From contig CBDCXV010000002.1 in NCBI GenBank assembly GCA_965223905.1, positions 384,001 through 448,000 of the forward strand: 64,000 nucleotides of DNA, written 5' to 3'. This DNA is from Candidatus Latescibacterota bacterium (GTDB taxonomy: Bacteria; Latescibacterota; UBA2968; UBA8231). Under the pieces are notes generated by a model. The model did not search any database. It was not told the DNA's origin and was given only the letters and a program-made list of their open reading frames with translations. A program made the position numbers and the translations under genes. The first letter of the stretch is position 1, and the number at the start of each line of letters is the position of its first letter. Of this stretch, positions 1 through 10,892 are shown piece by piece.

Positions 1-713
1 ACCTTGAGGCGGGACAGCTCACCCCCCTGGTACCCGGGGTTGTATCCGTGCAGGAGGGTGCGCCGCTGATGCCGGCCGCGCCAGACCATGGTGCCGTGGA
101 TGGTGATCTCGGCGAAGATCACCGCATCGCCGGCCTGGACCTCGACGTCGACGATCTCCTCCTGGCAGGCCTCGTAGTCCCTCAGGCCCTGCGGGATCGG
201 GTAGTTGGCCTTGTGCCCGCCGGGAACCACCGCCAGGCCGCCTTCGCCCGGACCCTCGTCGGCGAGGGGAAACTCGACCAGCAGGAGGCCGCAGTAGATG
301 TTGCCGAACTTCGCCGAGTAGGTGTACTCGAAGACCTGCCGGTCGAGGCGGCCCCCGTGCATGTAATGGCCGGCGCATCCCGGGTCCATGACGATGAGAC
401 GCGGCGGCCCGGAGATGCGGTAACCGGAGCCGAGCAGCCCGCTGAGGTAGGGCTTGACCGCGGGCTGGACCATGAACTCCCGGAACGGCTCGCAGTGGGG
501 TTTCTCCCAGGCGATCATCTCGTCGCACCACTTCTGCCTGACCCCGCTGGTCAGCGCCTCCGAATCCCCCTCGAATCGCCGCTCGTGCTCCTCGAGCTCG
601 TCGAAGTGATGGTCTATGGCGCGGTTGGCGCGGGCGATGATGTCGGGATCGACCACGTCCCTGAGGACGAGGTATCCGGTGAGGTCGAAGAGGTATTTCT
701 CGTCGTCGGTCAT
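1..713 (-). CDS. Phytanoyl-CoA dioxygenase (PhyH) family protein, runs off window edge
   Basis: Manual translation from ATG at 713: MTDDEKYLFDLTGYLVLRDV...HG motif; frame open to base 1, host-like codon usage. Confidence 0.8.
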   Translation of the reverse strand, partial: MTDDEKYLFDLTGYLVLRDVVDPDIIARANRAIDHHFDELEEHERRFEGDSEALTSGVRQKWCDEMIAWEKPHCEPFREFMVQPAVKPYLSGLLGSGYRISGPPRLIVMDPGCAGHYMHGGRLDRQVFEYTYSAKFGNIYCGLLLVEFPLADEGPGEGGLAVVPGGHKANYPIPQGLRDYEACQEEIVDVEVQAGDAVIFAEITIHGTMVWRGRHQRRTLLHGYNPGYQGGELSRLK

Positions 714-994
714 TGGTTCAGTCGCTGTTCATGAAGAGAATCATCAAATCGTGCAGCCGCCGTTAATTCCCGGAAGCAGGGAGTTCCTTCTTGGCAGCGG
801 CGGATGCCACCGTCTTCCCGTATGCTCAGGATTTGCTTCTTCGCGAGCGGGTCGCCGACAAGGTACGCCGAACCGGTCGTGCTGCAACGCCTGTGCCTGG
901 GGTCGACGAGGCCCTGCAGGTTTTCCCGGGATTCCGGCAGGCGGGAACCGGCCGGCTACGCCCGACCGTGGCTCCTGAGGTTCCGGGTGATAAA

Positions 995-1013
995 CGCCAC
1001 GGAGCAGGACCGG
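995..1013 (+). repeat. 19-bp direct repeat, copy 1 (CGCCACGGAGCAGGACCGG)
   Basis: Identical to 6128-6146. Confidence 0.8.
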
Positions 1014-1067
1014 GATGCAGCGTCGCCAAGGCTGGCCGGGCGTCACCTCCCCGCTGGCGGAAGGTTC

Positions 1068-4000
1068 TCACTTCACCAGCAATACTTTCCGGGTTACCAC
1101 ATCCCTTCCATCGCGCAACCGGAGCGCGTATACACCGCTGGCGAGCGTTCTCCCGCGGTCGTCGCGGCCGTCCCATCGCAGCGCATATTGTCCGGCAGTC
1201 ATTTCCCTGTCGACCAGACTGCGGACCGACTGTCCGGCGAGATTGTAGACTGTCAAGCGGACATGGCTTGCAGCTGCTATCCCGTATGGAATGGTCACGG
1301 TCGAGTTGAACGGGTTCGGATAGGCAGGTCGCAGCGTCAGCTTCGCTGGCAGAGCAGGCCACCCGGTGCCTGCGGAGGAGACGACGGTAGAAGGATCCGT
1401 CATCTCCGATATCGACCTCAGCACGATGCTGCCGTCCCTGGCACCCGAAGCCAGGCGTTCCGAGTCCGGGCTGAACCGAAACGCGGTTATCGCGGTTGTG
1501 TGCCCCGGTGAACTTCCGGCAGGCATGTACTGCCGGGTGTCCCACAGCTTCACAACCGCGCTGTCGCTTCCCGTTGCCATCCATCGCCCATCGGGACTGA
1601 AGGCCAGGGCGGAAATTCCTCCGGGCCCCGCTCTCAGAACCGCCGGGTTCCTGCCGGTGGCAACGTTCCACACCCGCACTTCTCCATCGCCGGCCCCCGA
1701 GGCCAGATAACTCCCGTCGTGGTTGAACGCGAGGACCGATGCCGGCCGCTCGTGACCTTCGAGAACCCGGGTCTGCAGCTGGCTCCCGAGGTCCCGGATC
1801 CGAATGGTGCCGTCCGCGGCCAGGGCGATGACCTCCTCGGAGGGGCTGAACGCCAGTGCGGTTACGTTGGAACCAGCGGTCGGGACGACCCCGAATCGTT
1901 CGTCCTCGGTCACGTTCCAGATACGGACCTCCGGCTCCTCAAATGCCACGGATGCGAGGAGGCGGCCGCTTGGACTCAGGGAAAGTACCATCCTGCGATC
2001 GGTATGCGGTGGAAGGGCGATCAGCTCCTGTCCCTGGTCCATGTCCCATACACGTAGATCCTTGTCAACCCTCTGTACCAGAATGCGCCCATCTTGGCTG
2101 GAACTTACAACTCGACGGCCATATGAATACCCTCTCAGGGCTTCAATCGATGTTCCATTGCTGTATGAGGAACGACCCCTCACATCCCACTCTTCGAGGT
2201 GGCCATCTGCGTGACCGGCAGTCAGCGCGTTTCCATTGCCGCTGAAGACGAGCGATACTACCGCGGCACCCATGTCATTGAATCCGTCGACAGAGCCGAT
2301 CTCACTGCCGTGGAAGGGGTCCCACACTCTCCAACGGGAGAGGGATGATCCTGCGAGGAAAACCCGGTCCTCCGGGCCGTTGGCAAAAAGAAGCGGGGAC
2401 TGCAGGTCCTCCAATGCAGCCAAGCGGCGATCGTGCTCAACGTCCCAAAAAAGAGCACTGGTGCTTGAACTCCATCTGGTGGCCGCCAATAACCCGCCGC
2501 GGCGGCTGAAGACTGCTCGATACCACGGAACGGAGCCTGAATCTTCAAGATAGGTCCCATCCAGAACGTCAATCTCGTGAAGCTGCTGGACGCGCCACAG
2601 TCTCATCGGGCCATTCCCCTCGCGGGCAACCAGGATCTCCCCATCAGCGTTGAATCCGGGCGAGGCGAGTTTGCGTACTGACCCGACGCGCTCCCAGGAG
2701 GCTGTATCCCAGAGGTCCACCCCGCGCCTGGTACCGGTCAGTATCCAGCGGCCCGAGAGATCGAACGCGATCGATCTCACATCGCTTCGTGCACGCAACA
2801 CCACCTGTGGCTTTCCGTCCAGCCGCCAAACGCGGATCATTTCGAACCCACCGACTTCGTCCCAACCGCCGGAGGCCAGACTGTTTCCATCGGGGCTGAA
2901 AGCCAGCACAAACACGCCACCGTCGTGGCTTTCCCATTTCTCAACCACCTGACGGCTGATCAGGTCCCAGATCCGCACGATTCCCTCATCATCGCCGGTT
3001 GCCAGGTAGCGGCCGTCCGGACTGAGCGCCACCGATCGGACTTCGCGTCCATCCCTGAGAAAACCTGCAATCCTCAGTGCGGTTGCATCATACAGCCACA
3101 CACCTGTGCTGGAGCCCACGGCCACGGTACCGCCGTCCATTGAGAATGCGACGTCATGCAGTCTTCCTTTGTTCAGGAAGACACTTGCCAAGCCGTCGTT
3201 TTCAGCATCGCGATCGTGGACGAGCACCAACTGATTTCGGCTGCGGCCCTTGTTTCCTTCCGAGTCTTCGGACTGTACGTGCGCTAGATAGGCGCCAGGT
3301 AGGGAATTCTCCCATCTCCCTTCGAGACGACCATCCGAAAAAGTCAGAGGAACCTGTGCGACCCGGAGGGAGTCGGCGGCAGAATACAGAACGACAGATG
3401 CGGAAGCGATCGGGCTCGCCTCCGCAAGCTTATGCTCCGGCAGGTAGAGCCTCAGTGCGGGGCCGTTCTGCCGCGCCTGCAGCAACCCGACCCGGGGTGG
3501 AGTGCGGTCGCCTCCGGGCATGACGGGAACTTCAACAGGGCCCAGCCAATTACCCCGTTCGCTGGCCATCTCCAGCTCGAACTGCAGTGACTCCTGCGAT
3601 TTCACCCCGGGCAGGAGCAGGAACTCGGGACCGTTACCCAACGTGACTTGGCCTTCGGCAGTAGCTCTCGAGGAGAATCTCGAGGCACTCACCTGTACGA
3701 CATCCGGATCGAGAGGCCTGAGAGAGATTAGAAAAGGTCGTATGCTTTCTGCCGAGTCCATTCGGAGGGTGATCAACAGACGTATGATTTCACCTGCCCG
3801 AGCCGCGCCGTCGCCGTCGCCTGCTTGCTCCGCAACGGTCACTGACTCTATTCGCTGTCTGGGAGAGACGGCGGTCACGGGAATTTCCCGTCGTCCGACC
3901 ATCCCTTGATCCGAGTGGAATGCTCACTACAATCGACGCCGAGCGGTCGCCGACGAAGCCTGGCGAGAATCGAATCGACGGAATCTTCAATCTCCGTCGC

Positions 4001-5632
4001 GATTGGCCCACGCTGAGATCCTCGAGGGCAAGGGCCTCCAGGGGAAGATGCAGCAGAGGGTCCTCGGTGCTCAGTCTCAGGATGAGCCCGGTGGCGGAGA
4101 GCTGTCCTGTATTCGTGATATCGAAACGGAGGTCGGACGGTTCATCGGCGACAATGAAGCCGTCCCCGTCTTCGTCCGTCAGCCTCAGGTTGTCGATTTC
4201 CACAATGGGCGGAACCGTCAGCACCTCTGCAACAGCTGAGCCGGCCGCCAGTCGAACGTCGCGAATGTCCACACTCAGGCGGCCGTCCTCGCTGTAGGAA
4301 CCCGGATTCGAAAGCGTGGAAAACTCGCGGAACGTCGGGCCATCGAAGACATCGGTGGCGTCGCCGAGATTGCCGGCATGAGCCGAGGCATAGGCGGCAT
4401 CCTGGGCCCAGAAGTCCAGGTTGTCGGCGCCGCTGTCCGGGTCAGCCTCCACTCCCAGGGGATAGCCGGCATCCCGCCATCTCCCGTCGGCGCATTCGAG
4501 GTCGACGAAAATCCTGCGCCCCCTGCCTAGTTCGGGATCACCCGGCTTTCTTCCCCCGTGCCAGATAAGGATTCCCCCACCCGGAACATTCCTGTCGTAG
4601 TAGGTGCTTCCTCGGGTGCGGTACTCCAGCAGGAAATACTCCTCGCGGGTGAGTGGCAACTTGTAGACGGCACCCGCAATGCCGACGTCCTCGAACTTCA
4701 TCTCCGAGTTTCCTCGAGGCGGTTCCGACACGTTTGCCCACCCGAGCTGGAGGCGGCTCCAGGCGCTGAAGCTGGTGGGGCCGTCATTCCCGTTCCAACC
4801 CCGGGCGCCCCACCCCATCAACCCCCAGGCGCCTATACCGGCCGAGTCTTCCTCCGGGCCCAGCGGCTCGTCACTCTTCAGAAACCGCCAGTTGTACAAA
4901 TCGGGCAGCCCAAGCACGTGACCGTATTCGTGGCACAGGGCTCCAATCGCAGCGGAGTAAGAGGCGCCTTTTTGAATGGTGCCTTGCCATGGGCTTAATG
5001 AGGATGGATGTGCCACCGTATGCATCGTCCTTGGTGGTAAAATCCGATTCGAGCCCGAGATGGCCGACGCCGGTGCTCCCGCGGATTATGAAATTCTCGG
5101 GCACCGAATCCGGGATGATGAAAACGACATCGACGAAACCGTCATCGTCGCCGGAGTTGGGCACCCCATCCGGGCCGTCATTGTCGAACAGGGAAAAGTC
5201 GATGTCCCGGTCGGCATCCTGAAGGATTTCGGAAACGAAGTCGGCGTACCGGCCATGCTCTCCAGCCGACCCGAGGTAGTGGCCGGCTCGGTGGGCGGAC
5301 TCGTAGCGCCTTGCGGCGACCTCTCCTCTGACTCGCAGGGCCCCAAACGACATCGTGTCGAAAAAGTGACTGAAACTGCCCGGCTTTTCGGCGTTGAAAA
5401 TATCCCTCGCCCACTCCGGTACCGGGCTCCCCTCGAGCGCCTCCCCTTTGAACTTGGCGAAAATGGCCACGGCTCTTCGTGTTCCTGCGGTGTTCTGCGC
5501 CGCCGTGGGCTTGGCGCTGGCAGTCAGCCCGGCTGTGGCGGGCTCATGCCCGGCTGCGCCGGCGCACAGGAAGACATCGGCGTCTGCCACGACACTGAGT
5601 AACAGGATGAAAGAGGAAAGGACCTGAAACAT
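1068..5632 (-). pseudogene. M6-family (immune inhibitor A-like) metalloprotease + WD40 repeats + C-terminal FlgD-Ig domain, split by two +1 frameshifts (pseudogene or sequencing error)
   Basis: Three consecutive ORFs (4871-5632 with signal peptide and DNDGPDG..NSGDDDG; 3790-5025 with HEYGH..LGLPDLY; 1068-3902 with WD40 repeats and YPNPFN...GVY tail) join if one base is removed near 4996 and one near 3917. Confidence 0.8.
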
Positions 5633-6127
5633 TGGTTTTAGGAAATCTCCGATTACTTTTTTAAGGGGAACCCTTTTAAAGTTTACACCACTCTCAAAGG
5701 AAAAATGACACCTGTTTTACCGCTTCCCGTACTAAGTTTTCGGGCAAGCTTTCCTTGTCAATATTTTATAATTGAAGGTAAAGAAAATACAAAGGGGGGC
5801 GGGCCGTCATCAGGTTGGGTGGAACGGCCGCAATGACCAGTCGTGCCCCGCGGGGCTCTGACTGACCAGTCGAGGTTTCAACCAGCGAAAGAGATTTCGA
5901 GCGCCTGTAGTGCGTTGCCGTTGTCTATTGAAACGGCGATCCGAGGGAGTCGTAAGTAGCCTTGGTGCCCCCGCGCGAGCACGAACCAAGGAGCCGGACG
6001 GGAGTCGACCTCACTCACGCGGAGGTGGGCCTAGGAGCACAGGTCGGTGTTCCCGGATCGCCTGTGCCGGCGTACAGGGTCTATCTCCTCGCCTCCGAGT
6101 CAGCGGTAGGAACCGGGGGGTAACCAG

Positions 6128-6146
6128 CGCCACGGAGCAGGACCGG
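6128..6146 (+). repeat. 19-bp direct repeat, copy 2
   Basis: Identical to 995-1013. Confidence 0.8.
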
Positions 6147-6265
6147 CGAGTTCACGCTCAACGGCAAGCTGCCCGACAGCCTGTTGCGGATGATCAACCG
6201 AATGTGCATGATGTGCGCCGCGCTACCGTACCAGCACGCAACAAAGTAGAAACGGAGGCAGAAAG

Positions 6266-7321
6266 ATGCCGGGCATCGAAGTACTCGACAGCGGCCATGT
6301 GGACCGCAACGACTCCGCTTTTTCCACGGTGGTGAGACTGGACGACGGCGACCTCGTCTGCGGCTACAGCGTCGGCGGCGGAGCCCACGTGTCCGGGGGC
6401 ACGCACTGCTCGCGATCGAGCGACGGCGGCCGCACCTGGTCCTGGCAGGGGGCGGTGCTCGAGCCGACCGAGAACCCGCTGACCACCAACCACCTGCGCC
6501 TGAGCCGCACCGCGGACGGCACCATCCTCGCCTACGGCCAGCGGGACCAGAAGGAGGAGTCGGGCAATAGGAGCCGGGACCTGTCCTGCGACCCGGTGCT
6601 CTGCCGTTCAACCGACGGCGGTCGCACCTGGTCGGCGCTGCAGGTTATCCCCTTCCGGATGCCCGGCCCCTACGAGATCTCCAACTCCATTGTCGTCGCC
6701 GGGGACGGCGCCTGGCTGGCGCCGGCCGCTACCTTCCACGAGGGCCGCTACGGCGAGCGGGTGGTCCTGCACGAGTCCCGCGACCAGGGGGCCACCTGGC
6801 CGGAGATGCACACCGTGTTCGAGGACCCCGAGGGGAAGATCGGGTACCTCGAACAGAAGGTGATCGAGTGCGACCCGGGGCGCCTGCTGGCGGTAGCCTG
6901 GGTGCAGGACTTCGAGAGGGACACCGACCTCAAGAACCGGTACAGCTTTTCCGACGACGGCGGCCGCACCTGGGACGGACCGCATTCGACGGAGATCCAG
7001 GGGCAGACCATGACCCCGGTCTGGCTGGGGGGCGACCGCTTCCTCGTGCTCTACAACCGGCGCTTCGGAGAGCAGAGCGTGCAGATGTGCCTGGTGCGCG
7101 CCGCGGCCGGCCGCTGGGAGGTCGAGTTCGAGGGGACCATGTACGACGGCCGCGCCCGCCTGGAGCTGACCGAGGAGATCAGCAGCCAGGAGCAGATCGG
7201 CCTGATCCGCTTCGGTTTTCCCACGGCCGTGCGTCTCGACGAGGAGACCTTTCTGGCCACCCACTGGTGCGAGGAGGAGGGGGTGTGCGGCATCCGCTGG
7301 ACGCGGCTGCGGGTGGCGTGA
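6266..7321 (+). CDS. BNR/Asp-box repeat sialidase-like protein
   Basis: Four S-x-D-x-G-x-T-W Asp-boxes; RBS GGAGG upstream. Confidence 0.85.
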   Translation: MPGIEVLDSGHVDRNDSAFSTVVRLDDGDLVCGYSVGGGAHVSGGTHCSRSSDGGRTWSWQGAVLEPTENPLTTNHLRLSRTADGTILAYGQRDQKEESGNRSRDLSCDPVLCRSTDGGRTWSALQVIPFRMPGPYEISNSIVVAGDGAWLAPAATFHEGRYGERVVLHESRDQGATWPEMHTVFEDPEGKIGYLEQKVIECDPGRLLAVAWVQDFERDTDLKNRYSFSDDGGRTWDGPHSTEIQGQTMTPVWLGGDRFLVLYNRRFGEQSVQMCLVRAAAGRWEVEFEGTMYDGRARLELTEEISSQEQIGLIRFGFPTAVRLDEETFLATHWCEEEGVCGIRWTRLRVA

Positions 7322-7812
7322 TACCGGCGGACCGCGGGATCGCCTGACTTCCACAAGACCCCTTCCGGCCCGAAGCGCCCCATCCCCCGGCGTAGTTCGA
7401 GCCCGCTCCCGCCATGCGGCGGTACCCGTGCCTGCCGCGCCCGGCCCTGGCCGGCGAGTTCGGCGACCCCGAAGTGCTGGCTTCCCCGGCGCTGCCAGTT
7501 CCGGGGACCAAGGGCGGCTCGAAGGAGTCGGTCCGCTCCTCGCCGTCCCACAGCATCGCGATTTCGTCTACGGGGTTAGCTCCTCCAGGCAGAGCAGGCA
7601 GGCGGAGCGCACTGCCCCGGAAACGGCCTGCCCGAGATCGCCGCCGAACCTGCGTCGCAGAAGCCGGTGCAGGTCGGGCCCATCCCGCCTGTGCCGGCCG
7701 CTTTTCTACATGTCCTGGAAGGAAGTCGCAGGACCCGGCCTCCAAGACAAAGGCTCGCCCCCTTCCTCGTTTCCCGGCGGTGCCTTTAATTGAACCCCCG
7801 CAAGGACAGTCA

Positions 7813-8286
7813 GTGGAAATACGAAGAGCCCAGCCAGCCGATTTCCTCACCGTCGCCGCCCTCGACCGCGAGGCCTGGAAGCAGGGGGAGAACGCCGAGT
7901 TCATCCCCGACGGCGAGCACGCCTGGCGCATCTGGATCGAGCACGCCGTCGTCTTCTGCGCCGAGAGCGGCGGCCGCGTGGTCGGGGCAGTGGTCGCCTT
8001 CCCCTGCACGAGCGGCTCCTACTGCCTGCACAAGGTGTTCGTCGAGGCCGGCTTGCGGGGGCGGGGGATCGGCAGCCGGCTGTTCGACCAGCTGCTCGAG
8101 GAGATCGACGCCATGGGCCTGCCGGTATTCCTCACGGTATCTCCGGGCAACGACGCGGCCCTGGCGCTGTACGAAAAGTGGGGCTTCACCGAACGGCGGT
8201 TCGTCGCCGGGTACTACCGCCCCAGCGAGGACCGGTTCGTGCTGACGAGACCGGCGAGAATAACAGGGAGAGCAACGGAGAGATGA
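7813..8286 (+). CDS. GNAT family N-acetyltransferase
   Basis: GTG start; V..RGRGIGSRL motif A; N..A.ALYEKWGF motif B. Confidence 0.85.
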   Translation: MEIRRAQPADFLTVAALDREAWKQGENAEFIPDGEHAWRIWIEHAVVFCAESGGRVVGAVVAFPCTSGSYCLHKVFVEAGLRGRGIGSRLFDQLLEEIDAMGLPVFLTVSPGNDAALALYEKWGFTERRFVAGYYRPSEDRFVLTRPARITGRATER

Positions 8287-9290
8287 GCGAGTCGCGCACC
8301 ATCAGGGCCGGGGTGCTGGGGGCGGGCAACTTCGCCAACAACCAGCACCTGCCCAACCTCATGCGCATACAGGGAGTCGAGGTCGCCGCCATCTGCGACG
8401 TCGACGGGGAGAAGGCGCGCCGGACCGCGGCCGCCTTCGGTATCCCCGCGGTGTACACCGACGGGCACGAGATGATCGACAGGGAGCCGCTCGACGCCCT
8501 GTGGTCGATTGTGCCGGCGTACACGCGCACCGACATCGAGGCCACCGCGGCTTCGAAAGGGATTCACCTGTTCAGCGAGAAACCGCAGGCGATGACGATG
8601 GAGGTCGCCCGCCGCATCGACGAGGCGGTGCGCGAGGCCGGGGTGATCAGCACCGTCTGCTTCCGCGAGCGCTACCGGCCGATCTTCATGGAGGCGAAGC
8701 GGCTGCTCGCAGGCAAGGAGGTCGTCCACATCCGCTATCAGAACGTCTCCGGCCTGCCGGCGCCGCCGTCGGAGGATGCCGGGTGGAGCGGACAGCTCGA
8801 CAAGGGGGGGACCTCCTGGTTCGACTGGGGCCCGCACGCCGTCGACTACTGCCGCTACATGAGCGGCCTCGACGTCGCCAGGGCGCAGTGCTTCTTCAAC
8901 CACCCCGGCCGCCATCCGGTGCCGACGTCGGCGGCGTTCAACTTCTCGATGTCGAACGGGGCGACGATGACGATGAGCTTCGTCGCCGCTTCCGCCGGCA
9001 AGCCCGCGGACGAGCCCTACTTCCTGCTCTACTACGAGGGCGGCTACGTCGGCGTTCACAACTACAGCCACATCGACATGAACGGCGAGCGCGTCTTCGA
9101 GGGAGAGGAGTACAACCCCTGGTTCGAGCTCGACCGCCGCTTCTGCGAGGCGGTGCGCAGCGGCGACGACAGCGGTCTCCTCAACGACTACCACGACGGC
9201 CTCTACTCCCTGGCCCCGGTGCTCGCCGGCTGGGAATCGGCGCGCCGCGGGGGGGAGCCGATCGACATCTACGAGTTCATGAAAGCGTAA
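8283..9290 (+). CDS. Gfo/Idh/MocA family oxidoreductase
   Basis: GVLGAG Rossmann motif, EKP motif; ATGA overlap with the GNAT gene. Confidence 0.9.
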   Translation: MSESRTIRAGVLGAGNFANNQHLPNLMRIQGVEVAAICDVDGEKARRTAAAFGIPAVYTDGHEMIDREPLDALWSIVPAYTRTDIEATAASKGIHLFSEKPQAMTMEVARRIDEAVREAGVISTVCFRERYRPIFMEAKRLLAGKEVVHIRYQNVSGLPAPPSEDAGWSGQLDKGGTSWFDWGPHAVDYCRYMSGLDVARAQCFFNHPGRHPVPTSAAFNFSMSNGATMTMSFVAASAGKPADEPYFLLYYEGGYVGVHNYSHIDMNGERVFEGEEYNPWFELDRRFCEAVRSGDDSGLLNDYHDGLYSLAPVLAGWESARRGGEPIDIYEFMKA

Positions 9291-9318
9291 ACCGACGAAA
9301 GACGAAAGGCATATTTAG

Positions 9319-10407
9319 GTGAAGACCATGACAAAGAGAGCCGCTCTCCCCCCCGACCGGGGCAACGCGGAAAAAGCTCTCCAACCCGCCCCGGGGGCCC
9401 GGCTCCTGCTCGGGGCCGTCGCCGCCGCGGCGCTGATCCTGATCGCCGGCAGGGCCGGCGCCCAGCAGTTCAGCTGGACGATCCAGTCCCTGTGGCAGGC
9501 CGGCTCCATCAACCACGGCGTCTTCGAGCAGTTCTGCGAGAACGTCGCGGCCCTGACGGGCGGCCGCCTGGCCATCACCCCGGTGCCGGTGGGAACCCTC
9601 GTCGCCTACAACGAGACCCTCGATGCGGTCGGCTCCGGCATTCTCGACGGCCAACAGAGCGGCCCGGGGTACTCGGCGGGGAAGGACGCCGGCTTCGCCA
9701 TGCTGTCGGAGTTCCCCGGCGCCTACGAGAACGCCTACCAGATGCAGATGTGGTTCGAGTACGGCGGCGGCAAGGAGCTGGCGCGCGAGCTCTACGGCCG
9801 CTTCAACCTGTACTACATCGGCTCGGTCTGGCACGGCATGGAGTCGATTCCGTCGAAGAAGCCGCTGCGCTCGGTCGACGACCTCAAGGGGGTGAAGATG
9901 CGCATCCCCGAGGGGCTGAATCAGGAGATCTTCAAGCGCATCGGCGCCGCCCCGGTCAACATTCCGGGCAGCGAGGTGTACACCTCGCTCGACCGCGGCG
10001 TCATCGACGCCACCGACTGGGGGACCCTGGGGATGAACGTCGACCTCGGCTACCACAAGATCGCCCCCTACCAGATCTACCCGGGGTTCCACTCCCTGCC
10101 GATGGGGGACGTGGCCGTCAACATGGACCGCTGGAACGAGCTGCCCCCCGACATCCAGGCGATCCTCGAGGCCGCGGTGCGGGACTTCGCGCGCCAGATG
10201 ATCCAGGAGATGGCCGAGGCCGACGCCGCCGCGGCCCAGACCGCCCGGGAGCAGGGGGTCGAGCTGGTGACCTGGGACAGGGAGGAGCGGCGCCGCTTCC
10301 GCGTCATCGCCACGGAGGTGCTCAAGGACTTCGCCCTTCGCAGCGAGATGGCGCAGCGTATCTACGATTCCCACCTCGCCTATCTCGACAAACTGGGACT
10401 GATGTGA
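9319..10407 (+). CDS. dctP: TRAP transporter substrate-binding protein
   Basis: DLKGVKMR and EVYTSLDRGVIDA motifs; signal peptide; precedes dctQM. Confidence 0.9.
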   Translation: MKTMTKRAALPPDRGNAEKALQPAPGARLLLGAVAAAALILIAGRAGAQQFSWTIQSLWQAGSINHGVFEQFCENVAALTGGRLAITPVPVGTLVAYNETLDAVGSGILDGQQSGPGYSAGKDAGFAMLSEFPGAYENAYQMQMWFEYGGGKELARELYGRFNLYYIGSVWHGMESIPSKKPLRSVDDLKGVKMRIPEGLNQEIFKRIGAAPVNIPGSEVYTSLDRGVIDATDWGTLGMNVDLGYHKIAPYQIYPGFHSLPMGDVAVNMDRWNELPPDIQAILEAAVRDFARQMIQEMAEADAAAAQTAREQGVELVTWDREERRRFRVIATEVLKDFALRSEMAQRIYDSHLAYLDKLGLM

Positions 10408-10892
10408 GCGAGCCCCGGCTGGACCGGGCAGTCCGCGGCATCGGCGAGGCGACCAGCCTGGCATTCCTCGCCGCGGTAGCGCTGACCTTCTACGAGGTCA
10501 TCCTGCGCTACTTCTTCAACGCCCCCACCACCTGGGTGCACGAGGTCAGCATCTTCCTGACCGCGGCCGCCTTCATCATCGCCGGCTCCTACACCCTGCA
10601 GCGGAAGGACCACATCCGCATCAGCCTGGTATTCGACAAGCTGCCGGCCCGGGGACGCCGCCTGCTGACGGTGGTCAATCTGCTGATCGCCCTGTACTTC
10701 CTCGCCGCCCTGCTGTACGGGGCCGCGGTGCAGGCGGGCAAGGCGCTGGCGGTCATGGAGCGCACCGGCACAGCCTCCGACCTGCCGATCCCGGTGACCC
10801 TGAAGACCCTTCTCGCCGCCGGGGTGGGCCTGATGATCCTCCAGAGTCTCGCGCAGCTGGCGCGCGCCCTGAGGGGCAGGGAGGCCGGCTGA
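10404..10892 (+). CDS. dctQ: TRAP transporter small permease
   Basis: EVILRYFFNAPTTWVHE and HIRI motifs; about 4 TM segments. Confidence 0.9.
   Translation: MSEPRLDRAVRGIGEATSLAFLAAVALTFYEVILRYFFNAPTTWVHEVSIFLTAAAFIIAGSYTLQRKDHIRISLVFDKLPARGRRLLTVVNLLIALYFLAALLYGAAVQAGKALAVMERTGTASDLPIPVTLKTLLAAGVGLMILQSLAQLARALRGREAG

Noticed and set aside
5794-6070. tmRNA or group II intron (GGGGGC start; GTGCG at 5910)
   Set aside because: No tRNA-like 3' end or tag frame, and no domain V or reverse transcriptase recognisable
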